From the NCBI GenBank assembly GCA_964291295.2, contig OZ219754.1, forward strand, positions 3,264,001-3,328,000: a DNA stretch of 64,000 nt, in the 5' to 3' direction. Source of the stretch: an uncultured Candidatus Binatia bacterium. GTDB taxonomy: Bacteria > Desulfobacterota > Binatia > UBA9968 > JAJDTQ01. Under the pieces are notes generated by a model that had not been told where the DNA came from, ran no database searches, and was given only the letters and a program-made list of their open reading frames with translations. The stretch's first letter is position 1. Every line of letters starts with the position of its first letter. A program made the position numbers and the translations under genes. This document shows positions 43,884 through 52,999 of the stretch, piece after piece.

Positions 43884-45374
43884 ATGAGCGAGATCCGATT
43901 CGTCGACACCACCCTGCGGGACGGCAACCAGAGCCTCTGGGCCCTCAACATGAAGACCGCGGCCATGGTGGAGGCCGCCGAGCAGATGGACCAGGCGGGC
44001 TTCGAGTCCATGGAGTTCTTCGTCACCAACATGTTCAAGAAGTACGTGCGGGAGCACAAGGAGAACCCGTGGGACTGGCTGCGGGAAGGCACCAAGCGGC
44101 TGCGCAACACCAAGCTGCGGCTTCACGGCGGCCTCAAGGGAGGGCTCGAGAAGAAGCCGTTGTCGATCCTGCAACTCATCATCCGCAAGGTGGTGGACAG
44201 CGGCATCACGCTGACGCGGACATCGAACTCCTGGAACGACTACGAGGTGTTCGGCGAGGAAGTGCAGGGACTGCGCAGCCTCGGCATGGACTGCGTCGTC
44301 AATCTGATCTATTCGGTGTCGCCCCGGCACACCGACGCCTACTACGCGCAGAAGGCCCGGGAGGCCGCCGCCCTCAAACCGGTTCGCATCTGCTTCAAGG
44401 ACGTGGGCGGGCTGCTCACTCCCGAGCGCACCCGCACGCTGGTGCCCATCGTGCTGGACAACATCGGCGACACCCCGGTGGAGTTCCACGCCCACTGCAA
44501 CAACGGCCTGGCACCACTCAACTACCTGGAAGCCATCAAGCTCGGCATGACCACGATCCACACCAGCGTGCCGCCGCTGGCCAACGGCTCGGCCCAGCCC
44601 TCGGTCTTCAACATGGCCCGGAACATCCGCGCCATGGGGCATGAGGTGCAGGTGGACGAGGAGGTGCTGAGGCCGGTGGAGGCACACTTCAACTATGTGG
44701 CCCGGCGCGACGGGCTCCCCATCGGCAAGCCGGTGGAGTACAACCACGCGCAGTACCTCCACCAGGTGCCCGGCGGCATGATCTCCAACTTCGTGCACCA
44801 GCTCCGCCTGGTAGGCATGGAGGACAAGCTGCCCGAGGCGCTGGAGGAAGCCGCCCGGGTGCGGGCCGAGTGGGGCTATCCCATCATGGTGACGCCGCTG
44901 TCCCAGTTCGTGGGCACCCAGGCCGCCTTCAACGTCATCCTGGGCCAACGCTACAAGCAGGTCAGCGACCAGTCCATCCAGTACGCCCTGGGCATCTGGG
45001 GCCGGGAGGGCGCCGAACTCATGGACCCGGACGTGAAGGACAGGATCCTGAGCCGCCCGCGCGCCAAGGCGTGGACCGAATGGGAACAGCCGGAACCGTC
45101 GCTCAAGGAGCTGCGCTCCCAGGTCGGCGCCGCCTCGGTATCCGACGAGGAGCTGGTGCTGCGGGTATACGCCGGCGTGGACGAGGTCAAGACCATGATG
45201 GAAGCCGGGCGGCCCAGGGAATACCTGAGCGCGCGCCAGCCGCTGGTGCGGCTCATCCACGAGTTGACCCGCCAGAACGAATACACCCAGGTGTACATTC
45301 GCAAGCCGGGGTTCTCCCTCGCGCTGGGGCGGAGCGACGATGGAGCGGCGAACGCGAATCGGGGAGAGTCATGA
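43884..45374 (+). CDS. Pyruvate carboxylase B / OadA-like carboxyltransferase lacking biotinyl domain, copy A
   Basis: DTTLRDGNQS, FKDVGG, HAHCNNG, HQVPGGM, GYPIMVTPLSQFVG; no AMKM motif. Confidence 0.88.
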   Translation: MSEIRFVDTTLRDGNQSLWALNMKTAAMVEAAEQMDQAGFESMEFFVTNMFKKYVREHKENPWDWLREGTKRLRNTKLRLHGGLKGGLEKKPLSILQLIIRKVVDSGITLTRTSNSWNDYEVFGEEVQGLRSLGMDCVVNLIYSVSPRHTDAYYAQKAREAAALKPVRICFKDVGGLLTPERTRTLVPIVLDNIGDTPVEFHAHCNNGLAPLNYLEAIKLGMTTIHTSVPPLANGSAQPSVFNMARNIRAMGHEVQVDEEVLRPVEAHFNYVARRDGLPIGKPVEYNHAQYLHQVPGGMISNFVHQLRLVGMEDKLPEALEEAARVRAEWGYPIMVTPLSQFVGTQAAFNVILGQRYKQVSDQSIQYALGIWGREGAELMDPDVKDRILSRPRAKAWTEWEQPEPSLKELRSQVGAASVSDEELVLRVYAGVDEVKTMMEAGRPREYLSARQPLVRLIHELTRQNEYTQVYIRKPGFSLALGRSDDGAANANRGES

Positions 45375-46834
45375 GCGACGTCACATTCGTGGACACCACG
45401 CTGCGGGACGGCAACCAGAGCCTGTGGGCCTACAACATGAAGACCGCGGCCATGCTGGATGCCATCGAGCGCATGGACCAGGCGGGCTTCGAGTCCATGG
45501 AGTTCTTCAGCGCCACCATGATCAAGAAGTACGTGCGCGAGCACCGGGAGAACCCGTGGCACTGGCTGCGCGAAGGCGCCCGGCGCGCACGCAGGACGCC
45601 GCTCCGGCTGCACGGGAGCATCCGCGGCGGGCTCGAGAAAAAGCCCACCTCGGTGGCCCGGCTGTTCATCCGGCACGTGGTGGACAGCGGAATCACGCTG
45701 ACGCGCAACTCCAACCCCTGGAACGACTACGAGGTGTTCCGGCACGACGTGGACGAACTGCGCGAACTCGGCATGGACACCATCGTCAATCTGATCTACT
45801 CGGTGTCGCCCCGGCACACCGACGCCTACTACGCGCAGAAGGCCCGGGAGGCTGCCGCCCTCAAACCGGTTCGCATCTGCTTCAAGGACGTGGGCGGGCT
45901 GCTCACTCCCGAGCGCACCCGCACGCTGGTGCCCATCGTGCTGGACAACATCGGCGACACCCCGGTGGAGTTCCACGCCCACTGCAACAACGGCCTGGCA
46001 CCACTCAACTACCTGGAAGCCATCAAGCTCGGCATGACCACGATCCACACCAGCGTGCCGCCGCTGGCCAACGGCTCGGCCCAGCCCTCGGTCTTCAACA
46101 TGCTCAGGAATGTGCGCGCGGTGGGCCATGCGGTGTCGGTGGACGAGGAGGCGCTCCGGCCGGTGGAGGCGCACTTCAACTATGTGGCCCGGCGCGACCG
46201 GCTGCCGGTGGGAGCCCCCTCCACCTACGACCAGTCCGTTTACAGCCACCAGGTGCCCGGCGGCATGATCTCCAACTTCGTGCACCAGCTCCGTCTGGTG
46301 GGCATGGAGGACAGGCTGCCCGAGGCGCTGGAGGAAGCCGCCCGGGTGCGGGCCGAGTGGGGCTATCCCATCATGGTGACGCCGCTGTCCCAGTTCGTGG
46401 GCACCCAGGCCGCTTTCAACATCATCCTGGGCCAACGCTACCAGCAGGTCAGCGACCAGTCCATCCAGTACGCCCTGGGCATCTGGGGCCGGCAGGGCGC
46501 CGAGTACATGGACCCCGACGTGAAAGACAGGATCCTGAGCCGCCCCCGCGCCAAGGCATGGGAGAACTGGAAGCAACCGGAGCCGTCACTCAAGGAGGTC
46601 CGGGCGCAACTCGGCGGCCCCTCACTGTCGGACGAAGAGATGGTGATGCGGGTCTACGCCGGGGATGAAGCCGTGGAGGCGCTGCACAACGCCGGCCGCC
46701 CCCGGGAGTACCTGAGCGCGCGCCAGCCGCTGGTGCGGCTCATCAACGAACTGACGCGGCAGAACGAATACACCCAAGTGTACATCCGCAAGCCGGAGTT
46801 CTCCCTGAGCCTGGGGCGAAACGCCGGCGGCTGA
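45371..46834 (+). CDS. Carboxyltransferase paralog, copy B
   Basis: Same motifs; ATGA overlap with copy A; offset 1487 bp. Confidence 0.88.
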   Translation: MSDVTFVDTTLRDGNQSLWAYNMKTAAMLDAIERMDQAGFESMEFFSATMIKKYVREHRENPWHWLREGARRARRTPLRLHGSIRGGLEKKPTSVARLFIRHVVDSGITLTRNSNPWNDYEVFRHDVDELRELGMDTIVNLIYSVSPRHTDAYYAQKAREAAALKPVRICFKDVGGLLTPERTRTLVPIVLDNIGDTPVEFHAHCNNGLAPLNYLEAIKLGMTTIHTSVPPLANGSAQPSVFNMLRNVRAVGHAVSVDEEALRPVEAHFNYVARRDRLPVGAPSTYDQSVYSHQVPGGMISNFVHQLRLVGMEDRLPEALEEAARVRAEWGYPIMVTPLSQFVGTQAAFNIILGQRYQQVSDQSIQYALGIWGRQGAEYMDPDVKDRILSRPRAKAWENWKQPEPSLKEVRAQLGGPSLSDEEMVMRVYAGDEAVEALHNAGRPREYLSARQPLVRLINELTRQNEYTQVYIRKPEFSLSLGRNAGG

Positions 46835-46879
46835 ATCCGGTCCCGGGTGGCGGCGCTGCGGTGCCAATGCCGCCGCGGC

Positions 46880-49879
46880 TCAAGGCGCCGTCCCCTGCTC
46901 CAATGCCAGATTGAAGACGGTGTCGCTCATCCAGCGCCTGAAGCCGTCGTTGTCCATGAACTGCTTGAACAACCGGCTGTCGTCCTTCATCACCGAAGTC
47001 ATCACCCTCTGCAGAACCCTTTCGAATTCGATGCGCAGATTATCACTGTCCGAGTGCCGCCGGGCATTCCGGAAGGCGGTATCCGCCTTCACCTTCGCAG
47101 GAATGGTCTCGGTGACGAATTGCCTCACGCGGTCCGCGTCCTCCCACGGGATGTTCCCGAAGTGGTCGTTGAAATCCCTGATGATGTTCGAGAGCCGATC
47201 CAGCTCCGGCTCGCTCCCTCCGCCGCCCGCACCGGCGGTCGCCGGGTCCACCTCGGCCTCCTCGTCGGGCAGCATGATCTTGCGCACCGCCTGCTTCTCG
47301 ACCCGATAGCTGTCCATGTCGATGGTGTCCAGAATGCCCCTGGACAGGTCATCCTCGCGCGGGGACGGCAGCCTGGGAATCAGGAAGTTGAGGAAGATCG
47401 ACCGCATTTCCCAGCCGGCCCGGGTATAGGGCAGCAGGCAGGAAAGGAAAGCGTAGGCCCGGACGAACCGCCTGGCCTTGCCCTTGAACTCCACCTGCCC
47501 ATCTTCGTCGAGGTCGCGCACATAGACCGCGACGCATCCGTCGAGAATCGGGTCGAGCCGGTCCCGTCCGGCACCGTCCAGGTAGAGCCGCGCGAAGTCT
47601 TCGACCTGGCCCGGCGCATAGACCTGAGCGCGGTCCAGATCCGCCTGCAGGTCATGAAGTCTGTTCGGGTCGGTCTCGTCGGACAGGATCGTGGCGCGAT
47701 AGAAGTCTGCGAAGGCATCGCGCATGGCGTCGGCGTCGTTCAGGAAGTCCAGCACGAAGACATCGTGCTTTTTCGGATGCGCCCGGTTGAGGCGCGAGAG
47801 TGTCTGAACCGCCTGGATGCCGGACAGCGTCTTGTCCACGTACATCGTGTGCAACAGCGGCTCGTCGTAGCCGGTCTGGAACTTGTCCGCGCAGACGAGG
47901 AACCGGTAAGGGTCCTCCCGGATCTTCTCGGCAATCCGGGTGCCCGGAAAACCGTTCAGCGACGCTTCGCTGACCTTCGCACCGCCGAATTCATGCTCAC
48001 CGGAGAAAGCCACCATGGCCCGATACGGGCTCTTTCGTTCGTTCAGATAGTCACGGATGGCGCGATGGTACTGGATCGCGCGTTCGATGCCGTTGGTGAC
48101 CACCATGGCCCGCGCTTCACCGCCGATCCGATTGCGGGCGAGAACCTGTTCGTGGAAGTGGTCCACCATGATCTCGGCCTTGAGGCGGATGGCGTGGCCG
48201 TGCCCCTCGACGAAGCGCCGCAGCTTCGTCCGGGCCTTCTTCGTATCGAACTCCGGGTCGTCCTCGACGGTCTTGGCGAGTTTGTAGTAACTGGCCACCG
48301 GCGTGTAGTGCGCCAGCACGTCCAGGATGAAGCCCTCCTGGATCGCCTGTTTCATGGTGTAGCTGTGGAAGGCGCGGCGCCGGGTCGTGCCGTGCGGGTC
48401 CGGCTCGCCGAACAACTCCAGCGTCCTGTTCTTGGGCGTGGCGGTGAATGCGAAGTAGCTGGCGTTGGAAAGCAGCTTGCGCGATTCCATCAACCGGTTG
48501 ATTTGGTCCTCGAAGGTCGCGTCCTGCTCCCCCGCGCTCGCCTCGGAAAGCACCTGCCCGAGGGCCGCGCTGGTACGACCGCCCTGGCTGGAATGGGCCT
48601 CGTCGATGACGATGGCGAAACGCCGCCCGCGCTGCGCGTCGCCGATCTCGTCGAGGATGTAGGGAAACTTCTGCACCGTCGAGATGATGATCTTCCTGCC
48701 CGACTCGATGAAACGCCGCAGATCGCCCGATGCGTTGGCATGGCCGACGGTGGCCCCGACCTGGGCGTACTGCCGGATGGTGTCGTTGATCTGCCGGTCG
48801 AGAATGCGCCGGTCGGTGACCACGATGATGGAATCGAAGATGGCGGCGCCGTCCCGGGAGAGGTCGATCAACTGGTGCGCCAGCCAGGCAATGGAGTTGC
48901 TCTTGCCGCTGCCGGCGGAGTGCTGGATCAGGTAGCGTCGGCCCACGCCGTTCGCGGCAGCGTCCGCCAACAGCCGGCGGACCACATCAAGCTGATGATA
49001 GCGGGGCCAGACCTGGGTTCGTACTTTACGGCCCGTCTTCTCGTCCTTCGTCTCCACCCGCTGGGCGTAGTTCTCCAGGATATGGGTCAGATTCTCGGGG
49101 GTGAGAACCTCGCGCCACAGGTAGTCGGTCTTGATTCCATCCGGGTTCGGCGGGTTGCCGGCACCGTCGTTCCAGCCCCGGTTGAAGGGAAGGAACCACG
49201 ATGCCTTGCCCCTGAGGTGGGTGCAGAAGCGCACCTCGGCCTCGTCCACGGCGAAGTGGGCAGCGCAGCGCCCCAAGTCGAACAGCGTCTCGCGCGGGTT
49301 GCGGTCCCTCTTGTACTGCTCCACCGCGTCGTCCACCGTCTGCCGAGTGAGGTTGTTCTTGAGCTCGAAGGTAATGACCGGCAGCCCGTTGACGAAGAGC
49401 ACGAGGTCCAGCGCCCGCTGGGTCTCGTCGCGGCTGTAACGAAGCTGCCGGGTGACCGTGAAGCGGTTCGACGCGAAGCGCTCCTGCGCCCGATGGTTGG
49501 CGGGGGAAGGCGTGCCATAGAAGAGGTCCAGATCGTGCGCGCCGTGCCTGAGTCCCTTGCGCAGCACCTCCATGGTGCCCCGCTTCGAGATCCGGTCCCT
49601 CAACCGCGCCAGAAACTTGCTTCGGGTCGGCCCGTCCTGGCCCAGCGCCAGCGCTGCGGCGGCTTGGGGTTGCGTGGTGCGCAAAAAAGCGGAGAGCTGG
49701 GCCAGATCAACGCAATATTCGCGTTCGTAGTCGCCATGGCTGCCGCAGATCCAGCCCGAACCGCCGTATTCCGACGGTGGTTCAGCCACCGTGTCCGCCG
49801 CGAGCGGGTCGCAGGCATGGCCCGTGAGCGCCGTGCAGATCAGCCCTTCGAGGCCGCGTTCGCTGGTGTCGGTGGTCAA
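46880..49879 (-). CDS. hsdR: Type I restriction endonuclease subunit R
   Basis: DLVLFVNGLPVITFELK nuclease motif, HSAGSGKS, DEAH, FTATPK, TGYDEP, QTLSRLNR. Confidence 0.95.
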   Translation of the reverse strand: MTTDTSERGLEGLICTALTGHACDPLAADTVAEPPSEYGGSGWICGSHGDYEREYCVDLAQLSAFLRTTQPQAAAALALGQDGPTRSKFLARLRDRISKRGTMEVLRKGLRHGAHDLDLFYGTPSPANHRAQERFASNRFTVTRQLRYSRDETQRALDLVLFVNGLPVITFELKNNLTRQTVDDAVEQYKRDRNPRETLFDLGRCAAHFAVDEAEVRFCTHLRGKASWFLPFNRGWNDGAGNPPNPDGIKTDYLWREVLTPENLTHILENYAQRVETKDEKTGRKVRTQVWPRYHQLDVVRRLLADAAANGVGRRYLIQHSAGSGKSNSIAWLAHQLIDLSRDGAAIFDSIIVVTDRRILDRQINDTIRQYAQVGATVGHANASGDLRRFIESGRKIIISTVQKFPYILDEIGDAQRGRRFAIVIDEAHSSQGGRTSAALGQVLSEASAGEQDATFEDQINRLMESRKLLSNASYFAFTATPKNRTLELFGEPDPHGTTRRRAFHSYTMKQAIQEGFILDVLAHYTPVASYYKLAKTVEDDPEFDTKKARTKLRRFVEGHGHAIRLKAEIMVDHFHEQVLARNRIGGEARAMVVTNGIERAIQYHRAIRDYLNERKSPYRAMVAFSGEHEFGGAKVSEASLNGFPGTRIAEKIREDPYRFLVCADKFQTGYDEPLLHTMYVDKTLSGIQAVQTLSRLNRAHPKKHDVFVLDFLNDADAMRDAFADFYRATILSDETDPNRLHDLQADLDRAQVYAPGQVEDFARLYLDGAGRDRLDPILDGCVAVYVRDLDEDGQVEFKGKARRFVRAYAFLSCLLPYTRAGWEMRSIFLNFLIPRLPSPREDDLSRGILDTIDMDSYRVEKQAVRKIMLPDEEAEVDPATAGAGGGGSEPELDRLSNIIRDFNDHFGNIPWEDADRVRQFVTETIPAKVKADTAFRNARRHSDSDNLRIEFERVLQRVMTSVMKDDSRLFKQFMDNDGFRRWMSDTVFNLALEQGTAP

Positions 49880-49896
49880 GATTTGGTGCCCGCTTC

Positions 49897-50214
49897 TCAG
49901 ATCGGGACCTCCCGCACCTGTCCTGGCAGCACCTCGTCAATCGCCGCGCGAATTTCTTCGGTTCGATGCTGTACCCGCGGCCACGGCGTAGCCATCAGCA
50001 CGACGACGGCCAGCCTTCTTCCGGTCAGATTCTGCTGATAACGCATGTTCCGGTCCGTGGTCACGATGACCTGATATCCTTCCTCTTCGGCTCTTCGGAT
50101 CAATTCCCCATTCTCCAGCAACTCCCATCCCCTCTCCGCAGACCTGTCCACCGAATGTTCTGACAAGTGCCTGCGAAGGGGTGCCGGAGTCCCGTGGTCG
50201 AAGAGAATTTTCAC
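49897..50214 (-). CDS. DUF5615/VapC45-like PIN toxin
   Basis: VKILFDHGTP...GW..LENGEL...VTTDRN.RYQQNL; GTGA overlap with the DUF433 stop. Confidence 0.8.
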   Translation of the reverse strand: MKILFDHGTPAPLRRHLSEHSVDRSAERGWELLENGELIRRAEEEGYQVIVTTDRNMRYQQNLTGRRLAVVVLMATPWPRVQHRTEEIRAAIDEVLPGQVREVPI

Positions 50215-51020
50215 GATTGCAGGGTCGTCCTGAGGGCCTCGGCTTCGTGCTTGAGCACAGCGGCCACCTGCCACGGTTTGACCTCGGGGTACCACTCCAG
50301 GAATTCGTTCACGGTGGCACCGCTCTCGAGACTCTCGAAAAGAGCATAAACCGGCACCCGGGTTCCCGTGAAGGCCCAAGCCCCACTGATCTTGCGGGGA
50401 TTCCGTTCCACCGCAGCACAGGTTGTCCAGTTCGTCATCTCTGTGACCTCCTCTTGGTTCGCGTCACCCTCTACAGATTCATCCAGGACAGGGGTGGGCA
50501 TTCCTGATTCCTGCGGCAAGACGCTGGCAGCTTCGCGGCCGCGCGGCCCCCTCTCCGCCTCCGGTGCGCCGCCTGGCTCGAAAACGACGACATCCAGGTT
50601 ATCGAAGCCACGAAAGGTTTCCTCGATGCGCGGGCGCACGTCGCACCATTCCAGTCCGCCCAGGCCGCAACCCAGCGGCGGTACCGCAATCGAACGTATC
50701 CCGCGTTCGCGTATCACTGTCGCAAGGTCATCCAACCCGGCCTGGATGTCTTCGATCCTGCTCTTGTCCCGCCAATGCCGCTTGGTCGGGAAGTTGACGA
50801 TGAAGCGGGGATTGGCGAGGAGGCGCGTTTCGAAAACGAACATGCGGCCGGGCCGGACCCCTCCCCCCTTGCAGGCCTCGGCATACGCGCGGAAATCCTC
50901 GGGAAACGCCTTCTTGAACTGAAGCGCAAGCCCGCGTCCCATCACCCCCACGCAGTTGACCGTGTTGACCAGGGCCTCGGCATCCTGGGCGAGGATGTTA
51001 CCGGCTTTGAAGTGAATCAT
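50211..51020 (-). CDS. DarG-type macrodomain fused in frame to a DUF433 (VapB45-like) antitoxin
   Basis: ALVNTVNCVGVMGRGLALQFKKAFP, NFPTKRHWR, PPLGCGLGGL; C-terminal GAWAFTGTRVPV..LFE.L..G with its own GAGGAGG RBS and ATG at 50438. Confidence 0.82.
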   Translation of the reverse strand: MIHFKAGNILAQDAEALVNTVNCVGVMGRGLALQFKKAFPEDFRAYAEACKGGGVRPGRMFVFETRLLANPRFIVNFPTKRHWRDKSRIEDIQAGLDDLATVIRERGIRSIAVPPLGCGLGGLEWCDVRPRIEETFRGFDNLDVVVFEPGGAPEAERGPRGREAASVLPQESGMPTPVLDESVEGDANQEEVTEMTNWTTCAAVERNPRKISGAWAFTGTRVPVYALFESLESGATVNEFLEWYPEVKPWQVAAVLKHEAEALRTTLQS

Positions 51021-51043
51021 CGGTGCCCTCTTCGTGTCACCTT

Positions 51044-51107
51044 GATAATACCACTTCGACTGAGGCACGACAGTGGGCCGTTGAGCAGCGGGCGGTGTCA
51101 TGGTCAA
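51044..51107 (-). pseudogene. Probable C-terminal remnant of darT
   Basis: RPTVVPQSKWYY directly upstream of the darG macrodomain, resembling DarT C-termini as recalled. Confidence 0.45.
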
Positions 51108-51124
51108 CCCACCGCCTCCGCCGA

Positions 51125-51832
51125 TCAGTCCCCGGGACCGAATGCCGGCTCGTCGTCGGAATCGGGACGATCACCCGTTCCGCCAGCGGCAGCCAGAGGA
51201 TCGATTTCCGGCAGAGAGGTCGCTGCTTGGCGCACATCCAGCTTGCCGGTCACGACATCGGCGATCAGACGGGTGCGGTACTCGCGGAGCAGGTCGATCT
51301 CGCTTTGCGCTTGAGCGATGCCCGCCTGGATCTTCTCGACCATGTGGTCGAGAAAGCGGGCGATGGCGGTCTGCTCAATGGAGGAAGGGATGGGAACAAG
51401 CCGCCGATAGGCTTCCTCTCGAGCAAGACCTGGAATCGCAGAGTCGTTGTTTACCGCATCAAGGCGTAGACAACCGAGCACGTAATACAACCAGAGAATA
51501 TGCGCAGGTGAAAATCGCTTGTCGACAAAAAACGTCGTGTCGATCGCGAAAACACATACGGGAGAATAGTGTACTTTACCAAATGAACCCTTTCGACCGA
51601 CGATTATACAAGGAGCCTCTGTGTTTGCCACCTGGTGTAAACCGACACGGCCATTTGAACCGAAAACTGGAGTGTTTCCAACACGACGTACTTCGGTAGA
51701 GAGAGAATCACCGTACTCCATTCGGCAAATCTGCTTCAGTCGCCTTACCTCCCAATGCACCGGCACCTCTCCCAGCCACTCGACCCCGGAGTCCTTGTAA
51801 CGTGGATATGGTTTGAGTTCGGCGGCCATCAC
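51125..51832 (-). CDS. hsdS: Half-size Type I specificity subunit (single TRD)
   Basis: YKDSGVEWLGEVP.HW, one low-GC TRD, P..EQ.AI..FLD, LIADVVTGKLDV; only 235 aa. Confidence 0.88.
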   Translation of the reverse strand: MMAAELKPYPRYKDSGVEWLGEVPVHWEVRRLKQICRMEYGDSLSTEVRRVGNTPVFGSNGRVGLHQVANTEAPCIIVGRKGSFGKVHYSPVCVFAIDTTFFVDKRFSPAHILWLYYVLGCLRLDAVNNDSAIPGLAREEAYRRLVPIPSSIEQTAIARFLDHMVEKIQAGIAQAQSEIDLLREYRTRLIADVVTGKLDVRQAATSLPEIDPLAAAGGTGDRPDSDDEPAFGPGD

Positions 51833-51833
51833 A

Positions 51834-52075
51834 TCAGCCGAAAAGGGTGTCGCGCACTGTCTGCCTTGGCAAATGGAGGAAGTCCGCCGTGTCGGCGACG
51901 ATCGCGTTCAGGGTTCCGACCCGCACGTCCCGATGTCGCGGCACGGTCACTTGATGCCTCCCGCCGTCGGCGGCACCGTCATGTGGCTGCCTCGGCTCCG
52001 AGTCAAGCGACGGCCGTGGTGAGGGGCAAACCGCCGGGCGACTTCGGTGGCCGAGAGGTCGCGGGGCAGTTTCAT
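51834..52075 (-). pseudogene. hicA: HicA-family toxin, frameshifted
   Basis: MKLPRDLS...RSRGSHM in one frame and HQVTVPRHRDVRVGTLNAIVADTADFL...LFG* in the next; 242 nt long. Confidence 0.8.
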
Positions 52076-52314
52076 GCCGCGATGGCCTCTTCCCGGACGA
52101 GATGCAGCCGGATCACGCGCGGCGCCTTGTCTTCATCGAAGTGGCAGGGCACGGCGTCTCTCGCCATCTCCTTCAGATCGTCCCAGTCCTCTCCCTGCGT
52201 GTGGATGCCGTATCCGGGCGCCTTGGCGTCGTACCCGCCTTCGACCGCTTCTGTGACCTCGAAAATGATTTCCGCTGGCCGCACCTGCGACACCGTGCTT
52301 GGATTTTCATTCAT
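52072..52314 (-). CDS. HicB-like antitoxin (short form)
   Basis: EIIFEVTEAVEGGY.A...GIHTQGEDWDDLKEMARDAV.CHF; ATGA overlap with hicA. Confidence 0.75.
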   Translation of the reverse strand: MNENPSTVSQVRPAEIIFEVTEAVEGGYDAKAPGYGIHTQGEDWDDLKEMARDAVPCHFDEDKAPRVIRLHLVREEAIAA

Positions 52315-52378
52315 TGTTCGCCTCATCCGCCCTTGTCTTCTTGTCGCCAAAGTCGGTCCGGCACGGCCGCCACGCGGC

Positions 52379-52999
52379 TCACTTCACGGGGAACCACTCC
52401 TGCAATGTACAGCGCAGCCTTTGGAAGGACCGATCCTTGCAGCCTTTGAGCGACACCCGTTCGGCGATCTGCTGGTACAGCGACGTGCTACGAGGAATCC
52501 CCGCTGCGTGCAACGCCGCATGGAATGCCTCTTTGGGACACGGGGACTTCAAGGCACCCGCAGACATCCAGCCATTTTCGACCAGCCAGTCACGCAGCGG
52601 CGGCTTCCTGCCCGACCAGCCGGCCACTTTGGCCACATGGGGAGAATCTGACCAGACCCAGGCCTCGAGTTCGGGGTCCACGACGACGGTTCGAGCCCGT
52701 TCACCCCAAAGGGAACTGGCGAAGCGTTGATCCATCTCGCGCTGGAGTTCTTCCGGGGCGGTTGTCTCGCGCCCGCTGCCTTGATGGTCGAATAGCAGCA
52801 GACCGTGGCGGTACTGCTTGACGAAGTCGGACAGGAACGATAACCCCTCACGCACGCACGCCGGATCGTGCTGCGGATGGACATGGATGTCATGCGCGAT
52901 TGGCCGGATACCCATCGCCCGCGGTCTCGATAACAGTCCCTTCAGCGCGTGCTGCATGTCCTTGTCGGCCACCAGCACGACCAAGTCCTTTTCGGTCAC
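52379..52999 (-). CDS. Toprim-like partner protein (Mad4-like)
   Basis: DLVVLVAD, HDP, LFDHQGSG, DPELEAWVW, PKE; GTGA overlap with the ATPase. Confidence 0.7.
   Translation of the reverse strand: MTEKDLVVLVADKDMQHALKGLLSRPRAMGIRPIAHDIHVHPQHDPACVREGLSFLSDFVKQYRHGLLLFDHQGSGRETTAPEELQREMDQRFASSLWGERARTVVVDPELEAWVWSDSPHVAKVAGWSGRKPPLRDWLVENGWMSAGALKSPCPKEAFHAALHAAGIPRSTSLYQQIAERVSLKGCKDRSFQRLRCTLQEWFPVK

Noticed and set aside
50211-51107. Functional DarTG system
   Set aside because: No intact darT, and the DarG C-terminal domain is missing
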